DNA of 64,000 nucleotides from NCBI RefSeq assembly GCF_026571515.1, contig NW_026865709.1:62001-126000 (forward strand), in the 5' to 3' direction. Under the pieces are notes generated by a model. That model was not told where the DNA came from, did not search any database, and saw only the letters and a program-made list of their open reading frames with translations. Positions 12,580 to 27,400 of this stretch are shown here, in pieces. Made by a program: the position numbers and the translations under genes. Every line of letters starts with the position of its first letter. Position 1 is the stretch's first letter. This DNA is from Ruditapes philippinarum (Eukaryota).

Positions 12580-14156
12580 GAATATCACTTCTCATGATTT
12601 CGTTTGATAGGTTATATGTTTGTGTTACATTATATCACATCTGTCATGAGTTCGTTTGACAGGTTATATGTTCGCGTTATATTATATCACATCTGTCATG
12701 AGTTCGTTTGACAGGTTATATTATATGTTCGGGTTATATTATAGCACATCTGTCATGATTTCGTTTGACAGGTGATATGTTCGAGTTACATTATATCACA
12801 TTTGTCCTGATTTCGTTTGACAGGTTACATGTTCGGTTTATATTATATCACATCTGTCATGATTTCGTTTGACAGGTTATATGTTCGAGTTATATTATAG
12901 CACATCTGTCATGATTTCGTTTGACAGGTGATATGTTCGAGTTACATTATATCACATTTGTCCTGATTTCGTTTGACAGGTTACATGTTCGGTTTATATT
13001 ATATCACATCTGTCATGAGTTCGTTTGACAGGTTATATTATATGTTCGAGTTGTATTATAGCACATCTGTCATGATTTCGTTTGACAGGTGATATGTTCG
13101 AGTTACATTATATCACATTTGTCCTGATTTCGTTTGACAGGTTATATGTTCGAGTTACATTATAGCACATCTGTCCTGATTTCGTTTGACAGGTTATATG
13201 TTCGAGTTATATTATATCACATTTGTCATGATTTCGTTTGACAGGTTATATGTTCGAGTTATATTATATCACATTTGTCATGATTTCGTTTGACAGGTTA
13301 TATGTTCGAGTTATATTATATCACATTTGTCGTGATTTCGTTTGACAGGTTACATGTTCGAGTTATATTATATCACATCTGTCATGATTTCGTTTGACAG
13401 GTTACATGTTCGAGTTATATTATATCACATTTGTCATGATTTCGTTTGACAGGTTACATGTTCGGTTTATATTATATCACATCTGTCATGAGTTCGTTTG
13501 ACAGGTTATATTATATGTTCGAGTTATATTATAGCACATTTGTCATGATTTCGTTTGACAGGTTATATGTTCGAGTTGTATTATAGCACATCTGTCCTGA
13601 TTTCGTTTGACAGGTTATATGTTCGGGTTATATCATATCAAATCTGTCATGATTTCGTTTGACAGGTTATATGTTCGGGTTATATCATATCACATCTGTC
13701 ATGATTTCGTTTGACATGTTATATGTTCGAGTTATATTATATCACATCTGTCATGATTTCGTTTGACAGGTTATATGTTCGGGTTATATCATATCACATC
13801 TGTCCTGATTTCGTTTGACAGGTTATATGTTCGAGTTATATCATATCACATCTGTCCTGATTTCGTTTGACAGGTTATATGTTCGGGTTATATCATATCA
13901 CATCTGTCATGATTTCGTTTGACAGGTTATATGTTCGAGTTATATTATATCACATCTGTCCTGATTTCGTTTGACAGGTAATATGTTCGCGTTATATTAT
14001 AGCACATCTTTCCTGATTTCGTTTGACAGGTTATATGTTCGAGTTACATTATATCACATCTGTCCTGATTTCGTTTGACAGGTTATATGTTCGCGTTATA
14101 TTATAGCACATCTGTCCTGATTTCGTTTGACATGTTATATGTTCGGGTTATATTAT
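12580..14156. repeat. Minisatellite, 52-bp unit, about 30 copies, between the divergent 5' ends of gene 0 and HSPA12
   Basis: Unit ATATCACATCTGTCATGATTTCGTTTGACAGGTTATATGTTCGAGTTATATT; several copies carry a 5-bp TTATA insertion. Confidence 0.97.
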
Positions 14157-14433
14157 GTAAGAACTGTTTATTATTGGTCATATCATTGATGATAACGCCT
14201 TACTTATGGTGAACAATAATTGCCCATTTCTCGAATCTGTTTAAATCAATATTAACAAATAGGGATGTCGATAATTGTTACATAAAAGCATACTACTTAT
14301 CGCCTAAATGTTTCACCACCTAATCAATTATTAATATTTTGTTCATTCAGCGTAGTACTAGTGTGCAGAGACCCTGTTTCGATTTTTTTAAATAACTGAC
14401 TTTATTTCTTTTGAAAATCATACAGACAATGCT

Positions 14434-14448
14434 ACTCGAGAACATTCA
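14434..14448 (+). promoter_or_regulatory. Possible imperfect heat-shock element upstream of HSPA12
   Basis: aCTCgaGAAcaTTCa matches nTTCnnGAAnnTTCn with one mismatch; a candidate non-coding first-exon donor (GAAA|GTAAGT) lies at 15058. Short motif, could be chance. Confidence 0.25.
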
Positions 14449-16584
14449 GCTTTACATACATTCGCATGAGACTGAGTTAGGTCAACAGAGTCGGTATTTA
14501 CGGTGAAAATGACTGACTGACAATAGAAATATTCAAATGAGCCAAATTATTAAAATGCGGCGAACGGAATTCAGACCTTTAAAATAGAATAAAATTAATG
14601 TTACTACTAGGTTTGTTAAATGAACGTAAAAATCATAAATTTTCATATATTTTTTGCTCAATCGTTATATGTTTAACTTTCAATTGTTCAAATCAGTAAA
14701 TTAAATATCCAAAAATGTAGTGTTACGTGACAAACCATGTAAATAAAAAACATACTCAAAACATGTGCACAATTACAGGTTTGAGCTGGAAAACCGAATT
14801 TCATATCTATTCACTTTTCGCTGCTCGGATTTTCTATCTATAACCATTTTTATTCTTCTATGATGCAGTAAAAATGCAAAATGTAAAAATTGACTGACTT
14901 GCTCAACCTACTTTACCATAATGGTACGACCGAATGAGTGTTCGACTTAAACTTGTTTTATATCTTTAATAGCAATAAAAATGTGTACCCCGACGCATGT
15001 TTTCAATCACTGACTGCACGGCTCACTGAATACGTGAATTTATATAACATGTAGAAAGTAAGTTTTTAAAATGTTGATTATGTACACATATTTTTGTCTT
15101 ACTACAGTCTGCAATGTGTTTGAAGTTTGAGTCAGTTTAAACTAAACATTTTCCTTGACTTAGGAAGCATTATTAGTTTTTAAACGATTTCTGTTTTATA
15201 AATCATTAAGGTTTAAATCATGCATCATATACCGTCATTTATTTTGATTTAAGACTGTAAAATACTGTACCATATATTTTCTATAAAGGGAGGCTAATCT
15301 TCAAGGCTTGAACTTTAAAAACGAAAGAGGAAGTTAATTGCTGAATATTTTAAGTTCATATTATATTTATATATGTAGGTGACACTGTTAAAGAATTATA
15401 TCATTGAATGTTGTGACAGCAAATATGTAGGTGTTTCCATGTTATTACATATGTATGTATTAAGGTAAGTGTATTTGATATAAACGTATTATATTGATTT
15501 CATACATTTTACTATGATTAATGTGAAGTATATACATTTATTACCTTCAGTTATGATTATGTTATGCTACTATGCTCATATAACAGTATCGAAGCTTGAT
15601 TTGACCCCCTAGATGTCATGTGTCTCGGCATGTACATGTTGACACATATTAACGCGACATGGTAAGATAATAAAGACACCTTGATAACGTCTGTCTCAAG
15701 GCATGTCAAAATATATTTAGTCTGTTATGGAACTCATGAGAATCAAGAAAAGCTATGTAAGCTTATTTCATCTTGACAAGCATAGATAAATATCTGCTTC
15801 TTGGAAGATATCACTACGCCTTAACATAAAGGACACCATCGGAAAAACCTTTTCAATATTCGGAAACTAAATCCCTCCCATCAAGCAGAAATCATCCTAA
15901 AATAACAATTCGGCTATACTATTTGGCACTTGGGGTTTGAAGCTATCCGATTATGTGGTTCCCAAACTTAAAAGCGCTGCGCATTTTGCACACGGCAAAG
16001 CTGGGGCCACATAATCGGATAGCTTCGTTCATAGCCGTCTGGTCCATTGAATTTATCGAAAGATTTTGTAGTTGGAAAAAAACGGCGATAATATTGATGT
16101 TTATTTCGGCTGTTGCGTGTTTATATTACCGTTGAAGTTTAAATTGACCATCATCGTGAAGAGTTATATTTCTGTGTCGATGGACTCAAAGGATTATGTG
16201 AAAAATATTGGAAATGGAATAAAAATACATGGGTATTATGACGGTAGGGGTTGCGGATTTTTTTCCGGCGAAACATTTTTATCTTGTGTATTATTATAGA
16301 TGTTGAAATATGATTTTTTTTCAAAACGGCTTATATTAAGTTTTTTGATATATATGATCAGTACATGTGCTGGGATTGACAAATATGCATTTTATTTGGA
16401 TTTTAAAGGCGTTTTGAGCTCCAAACCCCAAGTGTCTGTGCTATTTGGTAGATACATTAAACGGTCATTTGAATATACAAACTAATTTTGGATATTTGCC
16501 CGTTTCTCCAGTGTATTTTGTACAGTCATGCGTTTTCATATAACTAGCCGTTATACCAGTCAGTGCTTACTTAACAACCTTTTA

Positions 16585-16762
16585 TATTATATCATGTTAT
16601 TATTATATGTTATATTATATTATATCATATCATACCATACCATACCATACCATACCATAACATATCATATCATATCATATCATATCATATCATACCTTAC
16701 CATACCATACCATACGATATCATATCATATATTATCATATCATGTTATATTATATTATATTA
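16585..16762. repeat. Compound pentanucleotide microsatellite (ATATC/ATACC/ATATT)n
   Basis: Direct reading of runs of CATAT, CATAC and TATAT just upstream of the first coding exon of HSPA12. Confidence 0.9.
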
Positions 16763-16883
16763 TCGCAATAAACTTGTAAATACTAATTTAGTATGTTTCG
16801 GATAAACATATTACAACCTAATTTAAAACAAACTAAAATTTAGACGGAATCCGAGAAAATGCTGCTTTTATTTTCCAGGTGCA

Positions 16884-19800
16884 ATGGCCGAGTCTATGTC
16901 ACAGGATATCAGTACAAATACTCGGTTATTTTTAGCCGCCATAGATTTAGGTACGACATACAGTGGCTGGGCATATTCTACTCGTAATGAGCCTAACAAG
17001 GTACATGCAAATCAAGTATGGTTCGCTGGCAGTGCTTCTCTAGGATCGCTTAAAACACCATCATGTGTTCTCCTTACACCAAACAAAGAGTTTAAAAGTT
17101 TTGGTTATGAAGCAGAAACAATGTTTGCAACACTCGCAGAAAAGAAACAACATAGCGGATGGTTTTTCTTCCAAAGATTTAAAATGGCATTGTTTGATGA
17201 CCGAGTAAGTTAAATATTATTGTATAAAGGTTCATTTAATTGTTTAATATGTAAGGGTCATATGATTCAAAATATATCTGTATAAATATATCATATAAGT
17301 CGAAATAATTGTGTACTTATAATATGGGTTTTACTGTTATAGTATAAAGACCATGTAAGTCAAAACGTAATTGTTTACAAAGCATTTGAATTATAAATGT
17401 ATACATATTACATAAATAAAGAAATGTGGATCATACAAATTATACCTGTGTATACATCATGAAGTTACGGTGGCACAAAGGTGACATGTGTGTATTTTTA
17501 TTTATCTCGTGGCCACAAGATACTATGTCGTGGCCACGAGTTACTAAGTCGTGGCCACGAGATAGCTAAGTCGTGGCCACGAGATACTAAATCGTGGGAA
17601 CGAGATAGCTAAGTCGAGGCCACGAGATAATTAACTAATCAGAATACACTATATATATTATGAATTTTTTAAACTTAACAACTTACTTTTACATGCAACA
17701 TTAACCTTTGAAAATACTAAAGATATTCACTTTGAATATGTCTTTAGGATCATATTAGAAAGTCACATTCCAAGGCCCATCAGACATTAATTTTGACTAT
17801 AGCTCTTTGTTTTGTGATCGATTGGTGGTTTGTTTCGTATTACGGCCGACTAACTAACACGTGAAGATAACTGTTTTTTAGTAACCTCGTGGCCACGAAA
17901 TTTAAGATACTCCTTGTCCACGACAAAAAGTAAACTTGTTTTTTAGCCAACTTAGCAGGAGATATAACTAAAATTCACACACGTCACCTTTGTGCCACCG
18001 TATGAAGTCAAAACGTCAAATACCGATTATGTAAATTAAATGACCTTTGATGATTGTATAAGTCACATTATCATTGTTAATGAAAGATCATACACATATT
18101 GGTATTGGCTATGGTTAATGGAATTCAAAAAATCATTGTAAGTGAATCAAGTGAGTCAAAATGTAATAACATAATTATGCGTAATAATTTATTATGTTTG
18201 AATATGTTCCTAATAAACGCATAAACATCTAATATTGTGATGACAGTGCATGTATACATGCTTATTGTAGACGGGAAGAATGTCAAATATTAATGATATA
18301 TCTTTTTCTATTGTACTGATATGATACATACTATATATGAATATTTTATTGTGTAACAAATGAGATAAGTATCTTACACTATTTGCTGTAATACCATTTA
18401 TTATAATTATAGAAACTGACCCGTTTTACAACAATTGAAGATGTATCAGGAAAGAAAATGCCAGCATTGGTAATATTTGCTCATGCTATAAGATATCTGA
18501 AGGAAAGTTTTATGGCAACTGTTCGAAATAGAGTCACCAACGTGAAGGACACAGATGTAAATTACGTCTTGACAGTTCCAGCCATTTGGAATGACATGGC
18601 TAAAACTTTTATGCGAGAAGCCGCTAAACAGGTATTGTTGTTGAATGATGGACAAGTAGCTATAGATGATAGTTCTATGGTCAAAAAAACTTTGAAATGA
18701 TGTACGGTGTAATTCTATGCGTACACAATTGCAATATTACTTGTTTAATACATTATTAGCAAATTCTAACATTCAAATATTATCTAATATCATAATATTT
18801 AAATAATTGTTTATATTTAATGTCAGGATCATTTTATGAGTCAACAACGTTTACAATTTTAGGAGTTTTGTGTGTGTGTGTTTTGTGGGGTTGTTTGTTG
18901 TTGTTGTTTGTGTTATTTTTTTAACAAACGTTTATCATCACAGGCTGGTATACCTAATAATCAACTAACAATAGCACTCGAACCTGAGGCTGCATCCATC
19001 TGGTGCCAAGGAATTCACACAGAGGTTCGCCGTGAACTCGATAATGCCATACTTGGTATTTCTTCCGTTGGTACTAGATACATGATTGTTGATTTAGGAG
19101 GTAGATTTTTATACAATTAATGATTAATTAAACATTATAGACATACAATAAAGTAACTGCTAAATTCTCACAGAAATGAAGTACACAGATGGATTTGTGT
19201 AAATGATTGGTGATACAAGACTAGTGCTGAACATGCACAGTTCATTTGTCGTTAAAATATATAGTAATTTATATGAATAAATGAGTTGGTATTTCGGCGA
19301 TAATAACTAATTTAAAACTGTGAATTTGTCGTGAAAATATATAGTAATTTATATTAATAAATGAGTTGGTATTTCGGCGATAATAACTAATTTAAAACTG
19401 TGAATTTAAAACTGTCTATTTCTGTGAATAAAAAGGAGACAATTTGGTGAAAAAAGAGCAATTTATTTTTTTCATCTTTAATGTATATAAGAAAAGCGCA
19501 ATAAGGAAACATATTCAATCAAGTCTGCAATATTTTCGCTATACCATGTTTACCAAGCTTACTGATTCTTTTTTTTTCTTTGCTAGGGGCTTTAACGTAA
19601 GAAAGTGCAAAACTTTTGAAAAACCACTAGCAGTAAATGTGTAATTATTTTCAGGTGGAACGGCAGATATAACCGTACATGAAAAAAGACCAAACAACAC
19701 TCTTTTAGAGATACATAGACCTACCGGTGGTGCTTGGGGAGGAACTGAGGTGGACAAGAATTTCATTCAACTCCTTGAAAATATATTGGGTCCGCACCTT

Positions 19801-20700
19801 TGGAAAAAATATGAACAAAAGGAAGTTGAAGATATACTAGAAATAAACAGAGATTTTGAAACGAAGAAAAGAAATATAAGGACAATCAATGAAAGACATA
19901 TTACCATCAAAGCCCCTTCAAGCCTTAAAGAAGCTTATGAACAAAGTGGTAAAAGGTCTCTTTCAGATGTGGAAGTTCAATTTGATAAAAAGATTGAATG
20001 GAAAAGAGATAAATTAAAAATCGATTCGGCAATCTTGACGAGATGTTTCGAGGAACCCATAAATAAAGTCATTTTACACATTAAAAGCATTTTGTCAGAA
20101 AAAGACATGATAAATGTTACCAAAATCATGCTTGTCGGTGGCTTTGCCGAAAGTCCTTTCGTACAGGAGACGTTTAGAAATACCTTTGTTGATAAGCAGA
20201 TTATTATCCCACCAGAATGCGGATTGGCCGTTCTGAAGGGAGCTGTTCTGTTTGGACAAAATCCATGTATAGTTACATCAAGAATTGCTCGCTATACATA
20301 TGGTCTTGAAATTGCTGCTCCATTTAATCAAACCAAGCATTCTTGTAAAAAATTAGTAAATACAGATGCCGGGCCATTATGCCGGGATTTGTTTTGGAAG
20401 GCAGTAGGCATTGGTCAAGAAATTGTGAATGGGCATGAAGTGTCAAGAATCGGAAAAGCTGTTGATGATTACCAGCCAAAAATTGTCCTTAAAGTTGTAA
20501 AATCAAAGCAACAAGATCCGATATACACTACTGATAGGGACTGTGAAGTAATTGGACAAGTTGAAGTTCCAATGGATTGTACGTTAAAGGCTGATGAGAA
20601 TGCCGTTGATGAAATATTTATATTTGGTGGGACAGAACTCATATTAAAAACCCGCCACAGGAAAACAGGCTCAATACAAACACTCAGTTTTGATCTTTAA
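16884..20700 (+). CDS. HSPA12A: Heat shock 70 kDa protein 12A-like (atypical Hsp70, HSPA12 family), about 580 aa
   Basis: Exons 16884-17204, 18413-18631, 18944-19100 and 19655-20700 with GT-AG introns, 1743 nt in frame. Hsp70 NBD motifs in HSPA12 form: AAIDLGTTYSGWAYS, KTPSCVLL, FFFQRFKMAL, VLTVPAIW, ALEPEAAS, IVDLGGGTADI, GGAWGGTEVD, LVGGFAES, GLAVLKGAVLFG. No C-terminal EEVD. The A versus B subtype cannot be resolved by eye. Confidence 0.95.
17466..18002. mobile_element. IS3EU-type MITE (copy c) in the first coding intron of HSPA12
   Basis: TIR TACGGTGGCACAAAGGTGAC / GTCACCTTTGTGCCACCGTA; exact 6-bp TSD TGAAGT (17460-17465 and 18003-18008); 21-22-bp repeats CTAAGTCGTGGCCACGAGATA. Confidence 0.9.
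19245..19413. repeat. 80-bp tandem duplication in HSPA12 intron 3
   Basis: TTTGTCGT.AAAATATATAGTAATTTATAT.AATAAATGAGTTGGTATTTCGGCGATAATAACTAATTTAAAACTGTGAA occurs at 19245 and again at 19325. Confidence 0.85.
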
Positions 20701-21064
20701 TTTCTCTCAAACAAGTGTTATGTTATTAACGTTGCATTTAACTTAAAATTAAGTTGTATTTGAATGGCTACACCATTTGAAAAATGGGTTTATTTACATA
20801 GAAGTATTACAATCAATGCAAATTTTGTTAAATAGCTATAACAAGACAACAACCTTCCGGTGTTGCTTTTTTAACATACTAACTATACACTTTACGTGGT
20901 TTAGTTTTGAAATAGTGAACAAGTTTCAGTATTTATCAAAATAATCATTGCGTTTATTGATTTTATGATTCTCTACATTTCAATCATAGACATTAATTGC
21001 TATCAAGTATTACATTTATGTTGGTTTGCCCACGATCTAATTTTGTTTCGTTTTATTGTCTTGA

Positions 21065-22320
21065 TTTATTATACTTCGTCGAAAAGGCGGCGGTGATGTA
21101 GAAATAGTCTCCGTCCGTCTTTCCTTTCGTCCTTCCGTCCGTCCGTCCCACATTTTTTCCGGAGTATATCTCAAAATGTATTAACTTGAAACTTCATAGG
21201 TGGATAGATCATATTGAAGAGGTGTGCAGAGCGCAAGAATGATAACTCTACCCTCATAATTTTTGAGTTATTGCCCTTTGTTATTTTTCATACTTAATTT
21301 TTCACCTGAGTGGAGCATAACTCAAAAATGTCTTCCGTCCGTCCAACATTTTGTCCGGAGTATATCTCAAAATGTATTAACTTGAAACTTCATAGATGGA
21401 TAGATCTTATTAAGGAGGAATGCTGTGCGCAAGAATGATAACTCTATCCTTTATAATTTTTGAGTCATTGCCCTTTGTTATTTTCATTCTTTTTGTCCGG
21501 AGCTTATCTTAAAATGTGTATGAGGTATCAACTTGAAACTTCATAGGTGGGTAGATCTCATTGAGGAGGAGTGCATCACTCAAGAATGATAACCTTCTGT
21601 ATTATTTTTCAGTTATTGCCCTTTGATATTCTTCATACTTATTCTTTTGTCTAGAGCACAACTAAAAAAGCCTTTGAGATATCAACATGAAACTTCATAT
21701 ATGGATAAATCTCACTCAGGAGGTGTGCAGAGCATAAAAATGATAACTCTACCTTTCATAATTTTTGAGTTATTGACCTTTGTTATTTTTAATACTTATT
21801 TTTTCTTGAGTGGAGCATAACTCAAAAGTCTTTGAGATGTCAACGTGAAACGTCATAGGTGGATAGATCTTATAGAGGAGGAATGCTGTACACAAGAATG
21901 ATAACTCTACCCTTCATAATGTTTTAGTTATTGCCCATTATTATTTTTCATGCTAATTTTTGTCCAGACAGTAACTCATTTAGTATTTACTATATAAGGT
22001 ATTCACTTGAACCTCAAAATATAACTTAGTACCCGTCCGTCCGAACTTGAAACTTCATAGGTGGATGGATCTCATTGAAGAGGAGTGCAGCACTCAAGAA
22101 TGATAACCTACTCTGCATTATTTTTCAGTTATTGCTCTTTGTTATTTTCAGTCATCAGTATTCATATACGTCTCAAATCAGTAATCACTTCAGCCATCAG
22201 TTTTTAATACCAAAAGACCTCTTAAAATTGAATTATTCTGCTCTACTTCATATACATTCTTCCAATGAGCAAACACATTCGGCGGGAGATGGCCATGTTA
22301 ACATGGATCAAGTTATATTT
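21065..22320 (+). mobile_element. Helentron/HINE-type element with central ~150-190-bp tandem repeats
   Basis: T-rich start, (GTCC)n microsatellite at 21108-21148, about six diverged repeats containing AACTTGAAACTTCATAGGTGGATAGATC...CAAGAATGATAAC, and a 3' end with TTCGGCGGGAG plus the palindrome CCATGTTAACATGG. Confidence 0.8.
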
Positions 22321-23444
22321 ATTCCAAACATGTTAATCATTATCACTGTTGATATTTGCCTTACAAATACACTAGACAATATGTTAGATACTCTTTAAAT
22401 GCAAACAAGGTTTTGATTAATTTATTTCCTAATAATTCTAAGTAATTATAAATTTGTAAGCCTTAAGATTTCGAAACTACATGTACCGGTATTAATAACT
22501 CTCTCCAAATGTTAAGGTCAATATATTGTTAGATATTTGACTTCTTTGACTCAGAGAAATGCAGTGTAAGCATAGAGTAAAAGATTTGATACCATTGTAG
22601 CTTCCTAGCTCAGATCGACTTCATGAAAGAGAATATTTGTTTGCTTTGGTGAATATGCTCTGGATCACACTAAGTAAAGACAACATTACAATATTGTCAC
22701 GAGCACGAAGTTTTCTCACTTTCTCGTATTATACATGTATATAACTTAGTACACAAAAATATTCTCTTTTTATGTCTCATACGATGCAAATAAAGTAGTT
22801 GCAACTGTTTTAATTTATATGCAGATGTACATCGGGATAAAGAAAGACGTTCAAAGGTTACCCTAACGTTTCTCAACTAAAGTAATTCAAAGTTATAGTG
22901 ATTGTCTTAATTGCGATAAAATTTTATCTTCTTTTGTGAGGGTTTGATCTTTGAATCGAGAGTTATGCCATTAAGAAAAAAAAAACGCAAGAAAATTTAC
23001 TTTATTTTCATATTTAAAGTATCATGCAAATTAATTCACCAGGCAAAACCTGTTATATATCCCGGTTATACAACTTGTTGTTTTATTATTTGGTCTAGTG
23101 TAACAGTCGGGTTATATATTAATATTCATACAAATATTTTTACGCTCATCTTTTTTAAAATTTCTGTAGTCAACATTTTATTTGACAAGAATTGATGATA
23201 TGGACTTAGAAAGCTACTAGTAGTAAGCAAACCCGCAAACAAAAGCAAGTCCATTAATCATTTATCATAATGAATTTTATCCTGTCGCCAGTGTTATTGC
23301 CGAGTTTTGTTCTTGTTTATGATGTATTGCAACAAATAAAGGTATTTTAATCAAATACAATCTTGCCAAATTGCCGTAAAGTTTGTGGTGCTGCTTCAAA
23401 CAAAAACCAACAATAACAGATGTGTTTATACGGTGGTTAACTAA

Positions 23445-23554
23445 GAACCTTCAATGCAACACGCGAGTGTCATTCCTTGAAAAGCGGTGCAAGGTCCCTT
23501 AGGTACTTTAAAAGAATGTGTGTGGCCTGAACGAAAAAACAATGGGCGGAACTA
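23445..23554. repeat. Dispersed repeat fragment (possibly SINE-derived); inverted copy at 61771-61874
   Basis: GAACCTTCAATG...AAGGTCCC...AAAACAATGGGCGGAACTA matches the reverse complement of TAGTTCCGCCCATTGTTTT...GGGACCTT...CATTGAAGGTTC. Confidence 0.6.
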
Positions 23555-24461
23555 GAGAAAGATCAGATGTAATGAAGCCTGCATATCACAGATAGCTGTC
23601 AAAAGGCAAACTAAAAAAACCGGCAACATATCCTAGGGTGATTAAACATTACTCATGTAAGGAATACTGGAACCACCCAATTAGGATAAAGTCAAATATA
23701 AATAACTAATAGTATCACCAACACAGGAATAATGCCATGTTGAACAATCTTTAAGAATCAAAAATATAACATATATGGTTTATATGTGGATATCATTGAT
23801 TAGTTTTACCATGAAGAACTTCGGTTGTCAACTACAACTGTTACAACTATACGGCTTTTTTTATAAAGTTTACATCATTTTATCACTGGATTAACAGTTA
23901 TCTATTAAAGATACACTAGTGGCGTGGTCGTGTTCCTTTTATTTATACAGGAAAGAATAACATAATTTGACAGAAATGGCTAACCATCTATCAAGAATTT
24001 TAAAAATGCACTGATTTGTTAAAATAAATACATGATTGATTAGTAGGGTGGTCTATTTTTGACTGTTTTAAATATAAATATTACCCTTAAATCTGGGGAA
24101 AAATACAGGAAAACAAAACAAATATATCATACAAATGTAAACGATTATATGAATACATATACATAATTCAGATGATGCAAAATAGAGTATGCAAGGTTAT
24201 TACATATGTTTAAATGTGTGAAACATTATTGATTAGTTTTTAAGAGGATTACAATGTAAAATGTATTGTAAATTGTCATCCAATTTACTAACGCTCGCCA
24301 TATTTTTAGACAATTTTCACTTGCATGTCCCTCTAACTGTATTCTTATTTTGTCTATAACATACCGTTTCTCTTGTTCCCAACAATGTTTGTTTGTTGTT
24401 TTTTCTACATTTTTACTTATTTTTAGAGACAGAACTTCTAACGTTTCACGTGTCTTTTGTT

Positions 24462-27400
24462 CTATGTATCGTTATTTGTTTTGCTAAACTCAGTGTTTAC
24501 CAAATCAAATCCAATTGGAATGTGACTTGCTTTTCTAAAGACACTAAATCTTTTGGCTGTATTAAAATGACTTTGACCTGGTATGTTTGCAAAATAGAAC
24601 CCTCCAGATTCATCTTTTTGTGAGTTTCTGTCAATGTTCATTTTCCTTGAATCATTATTCCTTTCACTTTTGCTCAACCGTGAGACATTATCATCTTTAG
24701 ATTTATCAAACTGCATTTGCTGATTGTCGGATTTTCTTCCGTAGCCCTGTGCTACACCTTTCACCAAAACTGGTCCATTTTTATACAAGAGTAGGGCCGG
24801 CCACACAATGTAATCAACAAATGTACCACTGGTGGTATAAGGCTTCAATAAGTTTGTATCAAAGTTACATCCTCTTCTTAACTCATCAGCAAATACAATT
24901 GGCGGGTCTTGTATCTATGTAAAAAATATTTTCGTATATTTTCAGCTAATTTGACCATTTTCATATCATATTTGTAGGGATGAATACGTTAAATAAATCA
25001 ATAAAAGTAAATTTCTGTTGTCAAAATATAAATATTATCTGTTTTATCACTAACGTGTTACATAAAGTTTTATAGTAATGTAATAATAACAAACCGCCAT
25101 TAGCCAGCATAACTCAATACATTCTTTAGTAAACAAACCAATTTCCAACGCTTTATTTAGGACTCGATCTTCAGAATCTTTAATATGCGAGATATACATC
25201 TACAAAAAAGAAATATGTCATAACATTTACAAAGTGATACAACGGTTCAATAAAAACACCATTATTTGATCATTAATAAGATTTTAATACATTTTAGCGC
25301 GAACTTAACAAAAACGTAGCACTCAGGAAGCAAAGTTTAAAATTTATAAAAAAATATGTATATTCATATCATATTATTTCTGTATAATTAACAATATTCA
25401 GTTTACAGTGATTTCTTAGTGATATTATCAATGATTACCTCATACAAATTCCTCATGGCGTACGATGATAATGCTTTTCTACAGTCTTTTAAAGATTTTG
25501 GTGAATCATTTGAACACTTTCTGTGTACCTGGTCAAAATTGAACAAAAATATTTTAAATTGAATGAGATAAAACAATCTGAAGAGTATTATCAGTGACAA
25601 ATTACACTTGTATCATATAAATCAATTAACTTATTAAATATATTTATATTATATATAAAGACAACATAGAGATTGTAAACTGTGTTGGCTGTTTAATTTC
25701 TGTAACATACTCGTATATCAATTAAAATGATGGTTACAGTTTGAGCACAAATTATGAACCCAGTAACAGTTCAAGCAAATATTATAAATCCACAGTTTGA
25801 ACACATATTATGAACCCAGTAACAGTTTGAGCACATATTATAAATCCACTGTTTAAGCACATATTATGAACCCAGTATCAGTTTGAGCACATATTATGAG
25901 CCGAGTAACAGTTCGAGCACATATTATAAATCCACAGTTTGAACAAATATTATGAACCCAGTAACAGTTTGAGCACATATTATAAATTCACAGTTTCAAC
26001 ACATATTATAAACCTAGTAACAGTTCGAGCACATATTATAAACCCAGTAACAGTTCGAGTATATATTATAAACCAAGTAACAGTTCAAGCAATTATTATA
26101 AATCCAGTAACAATTGAAACACATACTATAAACCCAGTAACAGTTCGAGCACATACTATAAACCCAGTAACAGTTCGAGCACATATAATAAACCCAGTTA
26201 CAGTTCAAGCAAATATTATAAATCCACTAACAGTTTGAACACATAATTTAAACCCAGTAACAGTTTGAACACATACTATAAACCAAGTAACAGTTCCAAC
26301 ACATACTATAAACCCAGCACCAGTTTGAACACAAATATTAAACCCAGTAACAGTTCGAGCACATACTATAAACCCAGTAACAGTTCGAGCACATACTATA
26401 AACCAAGTAACAGTTCGAGCACATACATAAACCAAGTAACAGTTCGAGCACATACATAAACCAAGTTACAGTTCGAGCACATACTATAAAGCCAGTAACA
26501 GTTCGAGCACATATTATAAATCCAGTAACGGTTCGAGCACATAGTATCAACCCAGTAAAAGTTCAAACACATATTATAAACCCAGTTACAGTTCGAGCAC
26601 ATATTATAAACCCAGTAACAGTTCGAACACATATTATAAACCCAGTAACAATTAGAACACATACTATAAATCCCGTAACAGTTCGAGCACATATTATAAA
26701 CCCAGTAACAGTTCAAGCACATATTATAAACCCAGTAACAGTTCGAGCACATATTATAAACCCAGTAACAATTGGAGCACTTATTATAAACCCAGTTACT
26801 GTTTGAACATATTATAAGCCGAGTAACGGTTTGAGCACATATTATAAACCCAGTAACAGTTCAAGCAAATATTAAAAACCAAATAACAGTCCGAGCATTA
26901 TTATAAGTCCAGTAACAGTTTCAACACATATCATAACCCAGTTACAGTTCGAGAACAAATTATAAACCCAGTAACATTTTGAGCACATATTAGGAACAGA
27001 ATTACAGTTCGAGTTGTAGTTTGAGCATATATTATAAAGCCGTTAACAGTTCAAGCACATATTACAAACCCAATAACTGTTCGTACACATATTATAAGTC
27101 CACTAACAGTTTGAGCTCAAATTATAAACTCAGGAACTGTTCCAACACATATTATAAAACCAGTAACACTTCGTGCATATATTATAAACCCAGTAACATT
27201 TCAAGGTCTTGTTATAAACCCAGTAATAGTTCAAGCACATATTATAAACCCCGTAACAGTTCCAACACATATTATAACACCAGTAACACTTCGTGCACAT
27301 ATTATAAACCAAGTAACAGTTCCAACACATGCCATAAACCCAGTAAAAGTTCAAGGTCATGTTATAAACCCAGTAACAGTTCAAACAAATATTATTAACC

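Noticed and set aside
16884-20700. Bacterial dnaK or canonical cytosolic Hsp70, or contamination
   Set aside because: Spliceosomal introns, HSPA12-type motifs, no EEVD tail, and an inserted eukaryotic MITE.
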